This document shows, in pieces, positions 42,669 to 53,200 of a stretch of 64,000 bases of DNA; positions within the stretch are counted from its first letter, which is position 1; the number at the start of each line of letters is the position of its first letter. The stretch spans positions 32,001 through 96,000 of the forward strand of contig CAWJQQ010000008.1 in assembly GCA_963845065.1 (NCBI GenBank), read 5' to 3'. The DNA is from Nitrospirota bacterium. Lineage in GTDB: Bacteria > Nitrospirota > UBA9217. Below the pieces are notes generated by a model that ran no database searches, had not been told where the DNA came from, and worked only from the letters and a program-made list of their open reading frames with translations. The translations under genes and the position numbers were made by a program.

Positions 42669-42861
42669 CTATTGATGGGAAATGACGAGGATAGCGATAT
42701 CGGCGGGGAGGTTTACTCGTTCCATTCGCTATCCTCTTTTTGTGAAAAAAACACTGATCTTGCAAAAACGCCAAGTTAGAAAAGACAGAGTGTGTAGTAT
42801 GTTTTTTACGCTCTTTGGGCACATTGCGTCTATGCAAGAGAAAAGGTATATATAATTTTCT

Positions 42862-43980
42862 ATGGCCAAAGATTACTATCAACTGCTGGGTGTTCACAGG
42901 AATGCGACCGAAGCCGAGCTCAAGCGTGCCTACCGGAAGCTTGCGCAGGAATTCCATCCTGATAAAAACCAGGGCAATAAGGAATCTGAAGAGAAGTTTA
43001 AAGAAATCAACGAAGCATACGAGGTCCTTTCCGATCCGCAGAAACGCGCATATTTCGACCAGTACGGAGTCGCGCCGGGTGCGCAGCCCGGGGGCGGTCC
43101 CGGATTCGGTGGCGCAGGCATGGGTGACATCTTCGGTGATATTTTCGAGGAGTTTTTCGGGGGCGGGGGCGGCCGCGGCCGCGCCCGGGCGACGCAAGGT
43201 GACGATCTTCGGTACAATCTCAAGATCAGTTTTGAAGACTCGGTGTTCGGCACTACGACCAAGATCCGCGTACCGCGGTGGGAACGTTGTCCCGATTGCG
43301 ACGGAACCGGGGCCAAGACGAAGGACGGCATCGTAACCTGCCCGGTCTGCCACGGGGCTGGCCAAATCCGTACTCAGCAGGGGTTCTTTAGCATAAGCCG
43401 CACCTGTTCCCGCTGCAACGGGGAAGGCAGGACCATCACGGATCCCTGCAACACCTGTAAAGGTCGGAAGCAGGTCGAACGGGAGCGGAATCTCTCTGTG
43501 AAGATCCCGGCAGGAGTGGAGACGGGGAATACTATTCGTTTGAGCGGTGAGGGGGGATTGGGTTCCTACGGCGGACCGCCTGGAGATTTGTATGTGTTTC
43601 TCACAGTCGAAGACCATGCACTGTTTAAACGGGAAGGGCAGAACATCGTATGTGACGTCCCGGTTAGCTTCACCCAGGCGGCTCTTGGCACGGAAATCGA
43701 AGTACCGACGATGAACGGCGGTACTAAGCTCAAGATTCCGGCTGGCACACAGCCGGGTCATGTTATTAAGCTCCGTGGGAAAGGGTTTCCACATCTCCGC
43801 GGAGCGGGGACTGGCGACCAGCTGTGCAGGATAGCGGTCGAAGTCCCGTCGAACCTGACATCGAAGCAAAAAGAATTGCTCCAGGAATTCGATCGTCTGA
43901 ACACCGAGGAGTCTTCTCCTTTAACCAGAGGCTTTTTCAATAAAGTGAAAGACCTGTTTGGAGATAAAACGAAAAAATAA
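42862..43980 (+). CDS. dnaJ: chaperone DnaJ
   Basis: HPD J-domain, G/F region and four CxxCxGxG repeats. Confidence 0.98.
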   Translation: MAKDYYQLLGVHRNATEAELKRAYRKLAQEFHPDKNQGNKESEEKFKEINEAYEVLSDPQKRAYFDQYGVAPGAQPGGGPGFGGAGMGDIFGDIFEEFFGGGGGRGRARATQGDDLRYNLKISFEDSVFGTTTKIRVPRWERCPDCDGTGAKTKDGIVTCPVCHGAGQIRTQQGFFSISRTCSRCNGEGRTITDPCNTCKGRKQVERERNLSVKIPAGVETGNTIRLSGEGGLGSYGGPPGDLYVFLTVEDHALFKREGQNIVCDVPVSFTQAALGTEIEVPTMNGGTKLKIPAGTQPGHVIKLRGKGFPHLRGAGTGDQLCRIAVEVPSNLTSKQKELLQEFDRLNTEESSPLTRGFFNKVKDLFGDKTKK

Positions 43981-44276
43981 TGTGAATTGTTCGAGACGCG
44001 GCAGTTCATGTTCCTCAAGGGTCAGCATCTTGGAACTGGACGCATCCCGATCGAGATAGGAAAGAAGAAGGATTTTCGGGGGGACATATGCGCAGTTATC
44101 AACGTCGAAAATTGTCCGCTTACGTAAGCGAAGTAAATAATATAACATTTTGAAAAGTCACCCTTCAGCCAACCCTCCTAAAGAGTTGGCTGAGGGTAAA
44201 AGAAGAATCGATTCAAATGTGTTCGTAATAGTTTTGAATCCTGGCTTTCGTCGGTTCGAGATAGAAAGTAAAGTTC

Positions 44277-44500
44277 ATGAAACTCTGTTTTCCGGTGCAG
44301 CACAATGAAGGAATCGAGAGCAAGGTCCATAATCATTTCGGGACATAGTTGACGGTGAAACGAATTCCGTGAATGTGATCCGAAACGACAGCTAGCGCCA
44401 TGCCCACGGTGCCTGTAGCCCTAGCAAGGCTGTAAATAATCAAAAGTTAGACGCGGTCGTTGCGTTTGGCATCGGTGCAGGAGCACTGTCCGATTTCTGT
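44277..44500 (+). pseudogene. NifB/NifX-family (FeMo-cofactor biosynthesis-like) pseudogene
   Basis: Own translation MKLCFPVQHNEGIESKVHNHFG / ...HAHGACSP...DAVVAFGIGAGAL with deletion, frameshift and stop. Confidence 0.7.
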
Positions 44501-44684
44501 CGTCGCCCCGCCTCTTTTTCATCATGTGGTGAGATAGTTCATCACGGGATACTCCGTTCATCCTCTTTCCGATATGGTATACTTGTACTAAAAGAATTTT
44601 CCGATTGAATATTTATCTTGTCCGTTCTATGGCACCGCTCAAAAAGACAACTCATTCCATGGAAAAATTAAAAAGGAGGACCAG

Positions 44685-45170
44685 ATGGACGCTCTCGAAG
44701 TGGCAATGAAGATGGAAACTGACGCAATAGCGTTCTATACCGAGGCGGCACGTAAGACGAAGTACCCGGCGGGGAAAAAGATGTTTCAGACGATCACGGA
44801 AGATGAAAGACGCCATCTCGAAATGATCTCCCAGTTCGTCAAAGGGATGAACATAACGCATAAAGATGTTAGCCCGATGAAGAACGTCAAAACAGTCTTC
44901 GAGTCGTTGAAAGACGAAATGATGAAAAAAGTGGAAGTAACAGTCGACGAAATGGAAGCGTTCAAGATCGCAATGCAGATGGAGAAGGAGGGCATGGCAT
45001 TCTACGAGAGGACACTCACTCAGGCCAAGACCGATAAGGAAAAGGCCTTGCTGCGGAGGCTAATCCAAGAGGAACAGCAGCATTACGAAATTTTTGCGAA
45101 CACCCAGCAGTACCTAGCAGATACAGGCAACTGGTTCATGTGGGAGGAACGGGGCATCGTTGAAGGATGA
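44685..45170 (+). CDS. rubrerythrin/ferritin-like diiron protein
   Basis: Duplicated E..FY...ExxH motifs (EDERRH, EEQQH); AGGAGG RBS. Confidence 0.88.
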   Translation: MDALEVAMKMETDAIAFYTEAARKTKYPAGKKMFQTITEDERRHLEMISQFVKGMNITHKDVSPMKNVKTVFESLKDEMMKKVEVTVDEMEAFKIAMQMEKEGMAFYERTLTQAKTDKEKALLRRLIQEEQQHYEIFANTQQYLADTGNWFMWEERGIVEG

Positions 45171-45532
45171 TAATGTCTCGTGCAACAGACACGACGAAGT
45201 CCGGATAGGATCTCATCCAAACGGGTCTCTCCCATTTATCTTAATAATATCCATGGACAAACGAAAAGCTCGGTACTTGATACCGAGCTTTCACTGTTTT
45301 TTGTGCCGAAACAACCATATGATTTTTAACAGGAGCTTTTACACTTACAGGTCAAAGCCAATTTCTTTGACACTTTTTTGATCGTCATTGAGGGCCTCCT
45401 TTCCTGAAGAGTACTGTTTGGGGAGTATAGAGCGGCGTTCATTGACGTGCTCCCACCGCTAAAGAATGCTGGACTTCTCGCGCGGGGCTCCTAATTGTTT
45501 GGGAACGCGGCACGAAACTAGAATATGATCTT

Positions 45533-46663
45533 TTATATTATACCATACAGATTGCACCGGTAAGAATCTTTTCCGCTCCTGCCATTAAGAAGTCCAGCGC
45601 GGTACCGGCATCCGCCGCGGCATACATCAATAAAGTCACAATTGCACGAGGTATCATTGAGCTGCACAGGTATGATCTTCTTCCAGGCTACACGCAGCCC
45701 ATCGTGAATCGTGCCGACCGATTGATCTTGGTAGAACGTGCATTTTGCGATTTTACCGTCGGCCATCACGGACATGAGATGGTAGCCGCAACCAAATCCC
45801 TGGACAGTAGCGTGCAAACCGTCTCCGTATCCATATCCCAGATATCTCCCTCCTTCTTCAGGACCCACCTGCAAGTCGGCATTGTCCTTGAGCCGGCCAG
45901 TCGCGCATGGTACGTCCACGGTCCAATCCTTTATTCCCATGTTGTGAAATAGCCGCTCCATGTCGTCGAAGTCGCCAAAATTTGCCCGGTGCACCATGGT
46001 TGAAATCGACACCGCAAAGCCAGCGTCGAGCGCTAATTTGACCGCGTCCATGGAGCGATTGTATGTCCCGCTGCCGCGGACCGCATCGTGAGAACGTTCC
46101 AGTCCGTCTATGCTCACCTGGATTTCGTCAACCTTTAAGGTTTTGAGAAGGTCCTGCGTAATAAGGATACCGTTTGTGAACAGGATTTTACGGAGAAAAA
46201 AATCCGGGAGCATTTCATTTATTTCGTCGAAGTGCGTGTGTATCAACGGCTCGCCTCCCGTGATCAGCACCCGAAGACCCTGCATGTCGGTAAATTCCTT
46301 CAACAAGTCTTGAATCCGTTCACGGGAAAGTTCGTGGGGTCTCGCTGAATCAATATAACAGTGCCTGCAACGAAGATTACAAGCATCTGTAATCTGGAGC
46401 TCAAGATATCTGAGTGAGGGGACCGGTGACTGCGTAAGGCAAGGGCGTTGCAGATTGGTCGCCTCAGTCGTCAGAAGGCCTTCGTCCACGCAATAATCGG
46501 TAAATCCGCAGTCCTTGGACGAGCAACCCTCTGCCGAGGCGCAGTTTTTTAAAAAACGAAAAGACTCGTCGTCCAGCTCGTATAGTTCATCTTTCGCAAT
46601 CTGATAAATGGACGGAGTTTCCAGCCACTTGAGAGCAGCCCGCCGAGCCAAAAAATAATTCAT
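45533..46663 (-). CDS. radical SAM/SPASM domain protein
   Basis: CNLRCRHC, ITGGEP, C-terminal CG...KC...CxC...CRGGCR. Confidence 0.88.
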   Translation of the reverse strand: MNYFLARRAALKWLETPSIYQIAKDELYELDDESFRFLKNCASAEGCSSKDCGFTDYCVDEGLLTTEATNLQRPCLTQSPVPSLRYLELQITDACNLRCRHCYIDSARPHELSRERIQDLLKEFTDMQGLRVLITGGEPLIHTHFDEINEMLPDFFLRKILFTNGILITQDLLKTLKVDEIQVSIDGLERSHDAVRGSGTYNRSMDAVKLALDAGFAVSISTMVHRANFGDFDDMERLFHNMGIKDWTVDVPCATGRLKDNADLQVGPEEGGRYLGYGYGDGLHATVQGFGCGYHLMSVMADGKIAKCTFYQDQSVGTIHDGLRVAWKKIIPVQLNDTSCNCDFIDVCRGGCRYRAGLLNGRSGKDSYRCNLYGII

Positions 46664-46709
46664 AGGCGTATTATAGCACCGCTGACGAAACTTTGTTATA
46701 ATTGAAAAA

Positions 46710-47039
46710 ATGAGCAAAAATAAAACATTGGTTCAAAAATTGTGTATTCCATATTGCACCTACTATAAACCTGGCAGGAACGAGGAGTTGTTGTGTGGCG
46801 GCGCTATTGTAGTTAAGCGATGGATACAGGAAGGTAGGCAGCTCGCTCCTGAGAAGCTCGGAGGAGAACCGGACCATGCGACAATTGAGTTGATCGTAGA
46901 AAAGATGTGCACTGCATGCGATTTTCATGATCATGATTGCGATTTTATGGAGGACCGCCATACCCCGGCTTGCGGTGGTTTCGTATTCCTGTCTAAACTC
47001 GTTATGTCAAGACAAATTGTGATGAGTGATATTACCTAG
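46710..47039 (+). CDS. Cys-rich hypothetical protein
   Basis: CIPYCTYYKPG, LCGG, CTACDF...CDF and PACGGF; divergent from the radical SAM gene. Confidence 0.7.
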   Translation: MSKNKTLVQKLCIPYCTYYKPGRNEELLCGGAIVVKRWIQEGRQLAPEKLGGEPDHATIELIVEKMCTACDFHDHDCDFMEDRHTPACGGFVFLSKLVMSRQIVMSDIT

Positions 47040-47258
47040 CCCATCCATCGTTTCCTTCGAAATCTGCAATTAAAAATGCAACCAAAGTATCTCCAGATCA
47101 ATTTTTTATCGTTCGTAAGTACTGCCCCGCACGAGTGCCGCCGAAATTATGAAGGAAGAACAAAGATAGTAGCAGCAGTATGTCGAATCTTCCGCTCATT
47201 TTTTTTTGCAATGTCCTCCGTAAAAGGGAAAAAAAATGCAGTAATTTAGTCATCGAAC

Positions 47259-48701
47259 TTATTGGCTCTGCGACAGACTGAGTGACACGCTTTCGAAGAC
47301 CGACGTTGCATAGTTGGGGAATGATCCGGTGGGGAAACTGCTGAAATAAACGCGTGGCATCTGGCCTCCGATTGTCGGATCTCCGGTTTCGCCCATGAGA
47401 GTCGGGTAATAGAGTGAGCGTCCTGCCTCGCTATAGGGGGTACCGATGGGCTCGGACCAGTTGATCGGGTCGCTTGAAGCTCGCACCTTTACGATTCCTC
47501 CACTTGACTGGTAAACGGCCAGGTAAACATCAAAGACGCTGTCGCAGAGTACTTCGGGCTGGCTTCCTGGTTCGTCAGTCCAGAGAGGCGCGTACGAGCC
47601 GGCGGTCCCTGTTTCGTCGGACGTATCGCTGGTGGCGGGCTGCGTCCAAGGGTCCGGTGAGGCGCCGTCGTACTTGTGGAACACCGTCGCGATCTGGTCC
47701 GGATCGCCGGAGAGCGCGGCTGCTACCAAATCGCTATAGAGCGCGCGCGCGACGCCTATGCAAGCATTAGTACTACACACGCCTGGCAGTCCTGGTAGGA
47801 GGTCGGTGTAGAAGAGATAAAAGTATGCAGTGTTGGGATCCGCTGGCGGGTTATCGAGGTGATTGCCGTTCACATCAGCAACAACTAGCGACCCGTATCC
47901 GACGGGCATGTTCTTGCCTCCGCTAGTGAACACGGATATCGGCTGGCTCGGCTGGAAGATCTGCCCCACAACCTGGAAGGTTTTTCCATCGTCAATCGAC
48001 ACCGCCAGCCCGATGGCTCCATAGAAGCAGGGCACCTCGGAGCCGGTGCTGCCGATAACGAAGCACTTGCCATCTGCAGTCGCAGAATTGATCCAGTGGT
48101 ACTCGCCATGAAAGGGAATGAGCCACCCGTTCGTCGTACCGCTTGTAAAGCTAACGACCTGACCGCCGCCCGCATAGTCTCTGTCGAAGATCCAGCCAGC
48201 CGGGCCGTCCCCGGGACCGAACAGCCTAGTACAATTGCTTGCCGTTACTTGATTGAGCGACCCGATGAAAGTGAATTCTCCGTTGACGCTCGGGCTTCTA
48301 GAGCACAAGGCAGTAGAACCGGCGCTGCCATAGAACGTGTAGGTTATGCCGCTCGAGGGGATCGCTCCGAATTGACCGTCCGAAGGACCGAAGGAAAAGC
48401 CATAGCCTGCTAGCTGGGTGTGCGTCGCGAAGGTAAGGGGTGCGCCAAAGGTCCCGCGAATGTTAGGGACTCCAGGCATCGTTCCACCACCACCTCCACA
48501 CTTAAAGAGGGCCAGAGACAGTACTAAAATGAAAAAAAAAGACAGCACTAATATCCTGCTGTACCTTTTATTTATCTTCAGCTTGTCCTCTTCTCCAGGT
48601 TTATTCTCTTGGTCTAGGTCATTTCGAATCTGCATCCTTTCCCGCCGAGGTAAGCTTGCAGAACTATAAAAAAAATTATGAATTAAATCCCTTTTTCTCA
48701 T
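47259..48701 (-). CDS. putative secreted lipoprotein, beta-rich (start uncertain)
   Basis: Hydrophobic stretch then C-GGGGG; Asp-box-like SIDDGKTF; Gly/Ser/Thr/Pro-rich. Confidence 0.6.
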   Translation of the reverse strand: MRKRDLIHNFFYSSASLPRRERMQIRNDLDQENKPGEEDKLKINKRYSRILVLSFFFILVLSLALFKCGGGGGTMPGVPNIRGTFGAPLTFATHTQLAGYGFSFGPSDGQFGAIPSSGITYTFYGSAGSTALCSRSPSVNGEFTFIGSLNQVTASNCTRLFGPGDGPAGWIFDRDYAGGGQVVSFTSGTTNGWLIPFHGEYHWINSATADGKCFVIGSTGSEVPCFYGAIGLAVSIDDGKTFQVVGQIFQPSQPISVFTSGGKNMPVGYGSLVVADVNGNHLDNPPADPNTAYFYLFYTDLLPGLPGVCSTNACIGVARALYSDLVAAALSGDPDQIATVFHKYDGASPDPWTQPATSDTSDETGTAGSYAPLWTDEPGSQPEVLCDSVFDVYLAVYQSSGGIVKVRASSDPINWSEPIGTPYSEAGRSLYYPTLMGETGDPTIGGQMPRVYFSSFPTGSFPNYATSVFESVSLSLSQSQ

Positions 48702-49314
48702 TTGATGTACCCCGCTATAAAAGAAGAGTGCCTATTTTTTATTCTTCGGCAACTCTACTATCTTCGGTTCTTCATAATAAAGATATAATCCGTCCCATTT
48801 AGAAATAATCGTAACTCTAACCCTAGCTCTTGTCAAGGTACACCGCAGGCGCTACTCTGCCGACTGGAAAGAATTTTCCTGTCAGTTAGATTTCAGCTCT
48901 GGAAGAATATAGTCACAGGTCCAGTGACATATGTATGAAATCGCGGCCACTAAACGTTATCTCCAATTCTTTTTTTATAGATCTAAATATTACGAGGAAA
49001 GCAGAAAAGATTAAGCTTGCATTGCCGTCTAATATAGTATTTATTATAAGTATATTAAAAGAGGGTGGCCAAAAAAGGATTACCCGACACGACCAAAGCC
49101 AGGTGTCCGTCTGTTCAGGGAGTTCCGATATTGAACATAACCATGGTCGGAGACAGCCTCGTGCATATCTCGAAGCTCACCAGTAAAGGTTTCTACGATG
49201 CCACGGTTCGTATCGATAAGATCAGCGCAGTTTTGTCCAAAGTGTGCGGTAACTGATTCAAATCGTCCAATAGGACGGTCATGAATAATCATCTAGAATC
49301 AATGGAGGTATCAA

Positions 49315-49506
49315 ATGGCAGATAAAACAACAATTCCCTGTCCAGAATGCAGCGGTAAAGGTTTCATAACCTGTCCTGCATGCCGCGGACAAGGAAGGCA
49401 GCCCAGTACCAATGCTGCTCAACGTCCTTGTCCGAATTGTCACGGTTCGGGAAAAAGCGTCTGTCCTCAGTGTCGGGGTGCGAGAAAAGTAAGTAGTGAA
49501 CAATAA
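49315..49506 (+). CDS. stand-alone DnaJ-type zinc-finger mini-protein
   Basis: GGAGG RBS; CPECSGKG, CPACRGQG, CPNCHGSG and CPQCRGAR. Confidence 0.8.
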   Translation: MADKTTIPCPECSGKGFITCPACRGQGRQPSTNAAQRPCPNCHGSGKSVCPQCRGARKVSSEQ

Positions 49507-49522
49507 AAATTATCCGGCGGTT

Positions 49523-49914
49523 TTATAAGTTTGGAGGCCGGAATAACGACACTACCGAGATGAATTCCTTTCCCGACCTTTGTGTAAGAGCCATGGAAAA
49601 CATGCCAAACATAAAGAGCGTATAGTTTTCAATGTACTTATGGACTTCGAATTCTCTTAGGACACTCAACGCATTCAGGCGGACATCGCCTTTGGAGGGC
49701 AAGCCAGCCAAGTCTTCAAGCGACTTTCCTGAAGCATCCTTTATCTTGTAAAGATTTTCGGTGTGGATGAATTCGCAGAGGATATGTTCTTCGTGGTAAT
49801 TCGCGACGCCGTGCTCGCCCGCGGGTTCTCCTAGAACCCGAAGTCTCGGACCCTGAGGAAGAGCTTCCGCAAGGGGTGGTCGGCGCTAAGTGCTATCCTT
49901 CTCGCTGAAAGCAT
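49523..49914 (-). pseudogene. disrupted hypothetical gene
   Basis: AAGGAG RBS, MLSARR..HPLRKLF, stop/frameshift, then EFIHTENLYKIKDASGKSLED...REFEVHKYIENYTLFMFGMF. Confidence 0.5.
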
Positions 49915-50251
49915 GATCTCCTTGAGGAGAAGGTGAAACCAAAATATTTCGGCAATATATTACCGCGAAAAGTAAGGAGGAGTCTCGAGAGTACACGTCC
50001 ACTTGCAAAATAAGAACCCTTCCCATATTCTCCTCAAGAACTGCAATGCGTGCTATACTTGTGTCAACTTAGTCATTTGCTCCAAACCGATCCCAAATAA
50101 CGTGAACAAACAGGATATCAACATTCTGAGTTTGTTTCGGTAACAAAGATTGTTTTTCTAAATTTAAACTTAAAAAAAATGTCGTGATGCATGAGGTCTT
50201 GGACTTACTACAGCGGCGAGCCATGCTGCCCGTAGTAAGTCGAGGGAAACT

Positions 50252-53200
50252 TTGCTGAAAATCCAGCCCAAAAGAGGAAATAGATTGCCACAGGGAACGT
50301 CGTCGCAGCCGTGCAGCGTGGGCATAAACATCGGAGCGATAACGGTAAAGGTAGTGGCGCTCCGAGGGGACAGTGTTTTTCCCAGGGTGAAGACCCATCA
50401 AGGCCGCCCCTTGGAGGTGCTAAAGGAAATGCTCGCCGGGAAAGAGTTTAAAGGAGCCGACTATTTCGGAGTGTCCGGACGCCGCGGCCATATCTCTGAG
50501 GTTGCCGCAATAGAACGGGCTTTGGGCGAGATGGGGAGCGATTTTGACGCCGTCGTATCGCTGGGTGGCGAGTCCTTCCTGGTTTACCTTCTGGTAAACG
50601 GAAGGATCGCGAATGTACTTTCGCACAATAAATGCGCTGCTGGCAGCGGCGAGTTCTTTGTGCAGCAGATCGGCCGGATGAGGCTCACTATCGATGAAGC
50701 GATAGAGCGCTCGTTCGGGGGGAAGGTCGTGCCACTGGCAAATCGGTGCTCAGTTCACTGCAAATCGGACATCACCCACAAGCTCAACCGGAATGAAGCG
50801 AGCCTCAACGACATCCTGCACACACTGCATGACAGCATGGCTGACAAGGTGGTCTCACTGTTGGAAAAGGGCCAGCGCCAGCTCAAGAGGGTACTCATCA
50901 TCGGCGGTGTATCTCAAAACGCCGCTCTCTTGTACTCTTTGAGGGAGAAACTTCTCTCCACGGAAATCGTTGTAGTTCCAGAGAGTCTTTGCTTCGAGGC
51001 CTGGGGTTGCGCCTTGCTCACCCGGGATTACCCTTGTTACAGCTCTCCGAAAATCTCGCTCCAACCGATCCTGGACAGCTTTCCGCCGCTTCATTGCCAG
51101 TCGGGCCACGTGCAGGTCATAGCGCCTCTACCGCGCCAGCCCTCCCCAGAGGGATTGCTTGTCCTTGGTCTTGATGTGGGATCGACGACGACTAAGGCAA
51201 TCTTGCTCGACCAGTCCACTAAGGGTATAGTTGCATCGCACTATACTCGTACGCAAAGCGATCCGGTGGGCGCCACACGCGAGTGTATAAGGGCCATAGT
51301 ACAAGAGGCTGGCAACCTCCGGGTCGGACTGATCGGAACCACAGGTTCGGCCCGAGAACTGGTTGGAGCCTACTTGGACACCTCCCATGTGTACAACGAG
51401 ATCTCGGCCCATGCAGCGGGGGCTACCCATTTCGATGCTGATGTGGATACTATCTTCGAAATCGGCGGCCAGGACTCAAAATACATCCACCTCCGGAATG
51501 GTGTGCCTGTGGATTATGCGATGAACAACGCCTGCTCAGCTGGCACCGGTTCATTTCTGGAAGAGAGTGCTCAAGGCGACCTCGGCATCTCAGTGTCGGA
51601 GATCGCCGAAGCCGCGCTGGCAGCAACGTCCCCGGTGCAGTTAAAAGCAACATGCGCGGCGTTCATCAATTCCGACATCCGCATTGCTTTTCAGCAAGGC
51701 CAGTCGCGCGAGAACATAATTGCGGGGCTGGTATACGCGATCGCCGAAAACTATCTCACCAAGGTCAAGGGGCCCCGGGTCGTGGGTAAGAAGGTGTTCC
51801 TTCAGGGCGGTGTTGCCCTAAATCGCGCCGTGGGCCATGCCTTTGCGCATAGCGTTGACCGCACCGTCGTGATCCCGCCTAACCCCGAATTGATGGGAGC
51901 GCTTGGCGTCGCGCTCCTGGCCCTGACGCGTTCCCACGGTGAGGTTGATGTCGCGACGGATCTGTTGTCCCTAGCTTTGGCGGAGATGGCGTCTCCTGGG
52001 CGCTTCATTTGCAAGGCATGCCGGATGCACTGCAGCATAGACCGTTTCGAGGTTGCTGGCCGGCGCTTCCCCTTCGGAGGACGCTGCAACTTGTACGAAA
52101 ATGTTTGGAAGAGAAATACCCGCGTTATTGCTGCGCCGGACCTGGTTGGACAACGGGCCGAATTGATCTTTGGAACGGCCGACAATCACGACGAAAGGCC
52201 GACAATCGATCGCGGCCGACCGACCATCGGAATTCCGAGAGCGCTCTTAACTCACTCGCTCTATCCGCTCTATTCAACCTTCTTCTCAAGCCTTGGATCT
52301 GACGTGATCCTGTCTGGTCTGGACCCCCATGGTGAGTTGAAATCCTATTCCGGATTTTGTTTCCCTGCGCAGACAGCACATGGAGCAATCCTTGATCTTG
52401 CCAAACGAGGCGTGGACCTGGTCTTTCTACCCCATGTGAAAAGAATGCCTCAACACTGCGGTTGCCGTGATTCCTACCTCTGCCCAATTACTCAGGCCAG
52501 CCCTTATTTCCTTGCTGCGGCATTTTCAGATGTCCGTTTTCTTTCACCTGTCCTGGATTTCACCCGTGGCTATGAATGCGGCCCGGACCTGAAGGAGATG
52601 GTTGTGCGCGAGTTCGGGATTGGACTCGAAAAGATTCAGCAGGCTTGGGAGGCCGCCAAGAGCGCCCAGGTGAGTGTCGAACGCGCCATGCAGGAGCTGG
52701 GACAGCAGGCCCTCGAGCGCTCGCTGTTGGAAGGAAAAGCAACGATCGTGCTTGCCGGACGTAGCTACAATGCCTACGCCCCCGAGTCTTCTCAATCAGT
52801 CGGCAGGAAACTCTCCAGTATGGGCGTGACGGTTATTCCCGCTGATTGTCTGGCGTCGATCGAAGAAGGACCCTTTGCATGGTACTTCTCCAACCAGGTT
52901 CTGAACTCCATGGCTATGGCCAAAAAATATCCAAATTTGTTCCTGGTTTGCATTAGCAATTTCAGCTGCACTGTGGACGCCTTTACCCACGCTAGGGTCG
53001 CGTCCGAGATGGGCTCCAAGCCGTATCTGATCCTCGAAATCGACGCTCACACAGCCGACGCCGGGGTCCAGACCCGCCTCGAGGCCTTTCTGGATATCGT
53101 TCATAACTATCAGGGCGCGCCGGCCGAGCAGAACCGACAGTTCTCCCTGTGCCACGTCGGCGCCGGCAATACGGTCATCCGGTCACGAGGGGAGGCCGTA

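Noticed and set aside
42550..43869. 439-aa minus-strand ORF, and similar long antisense ORFs over dnaK, rpe and the transposase
   Set aside because: Shadows of well-supported genes on the opposite strand, with no recognisable motifs.
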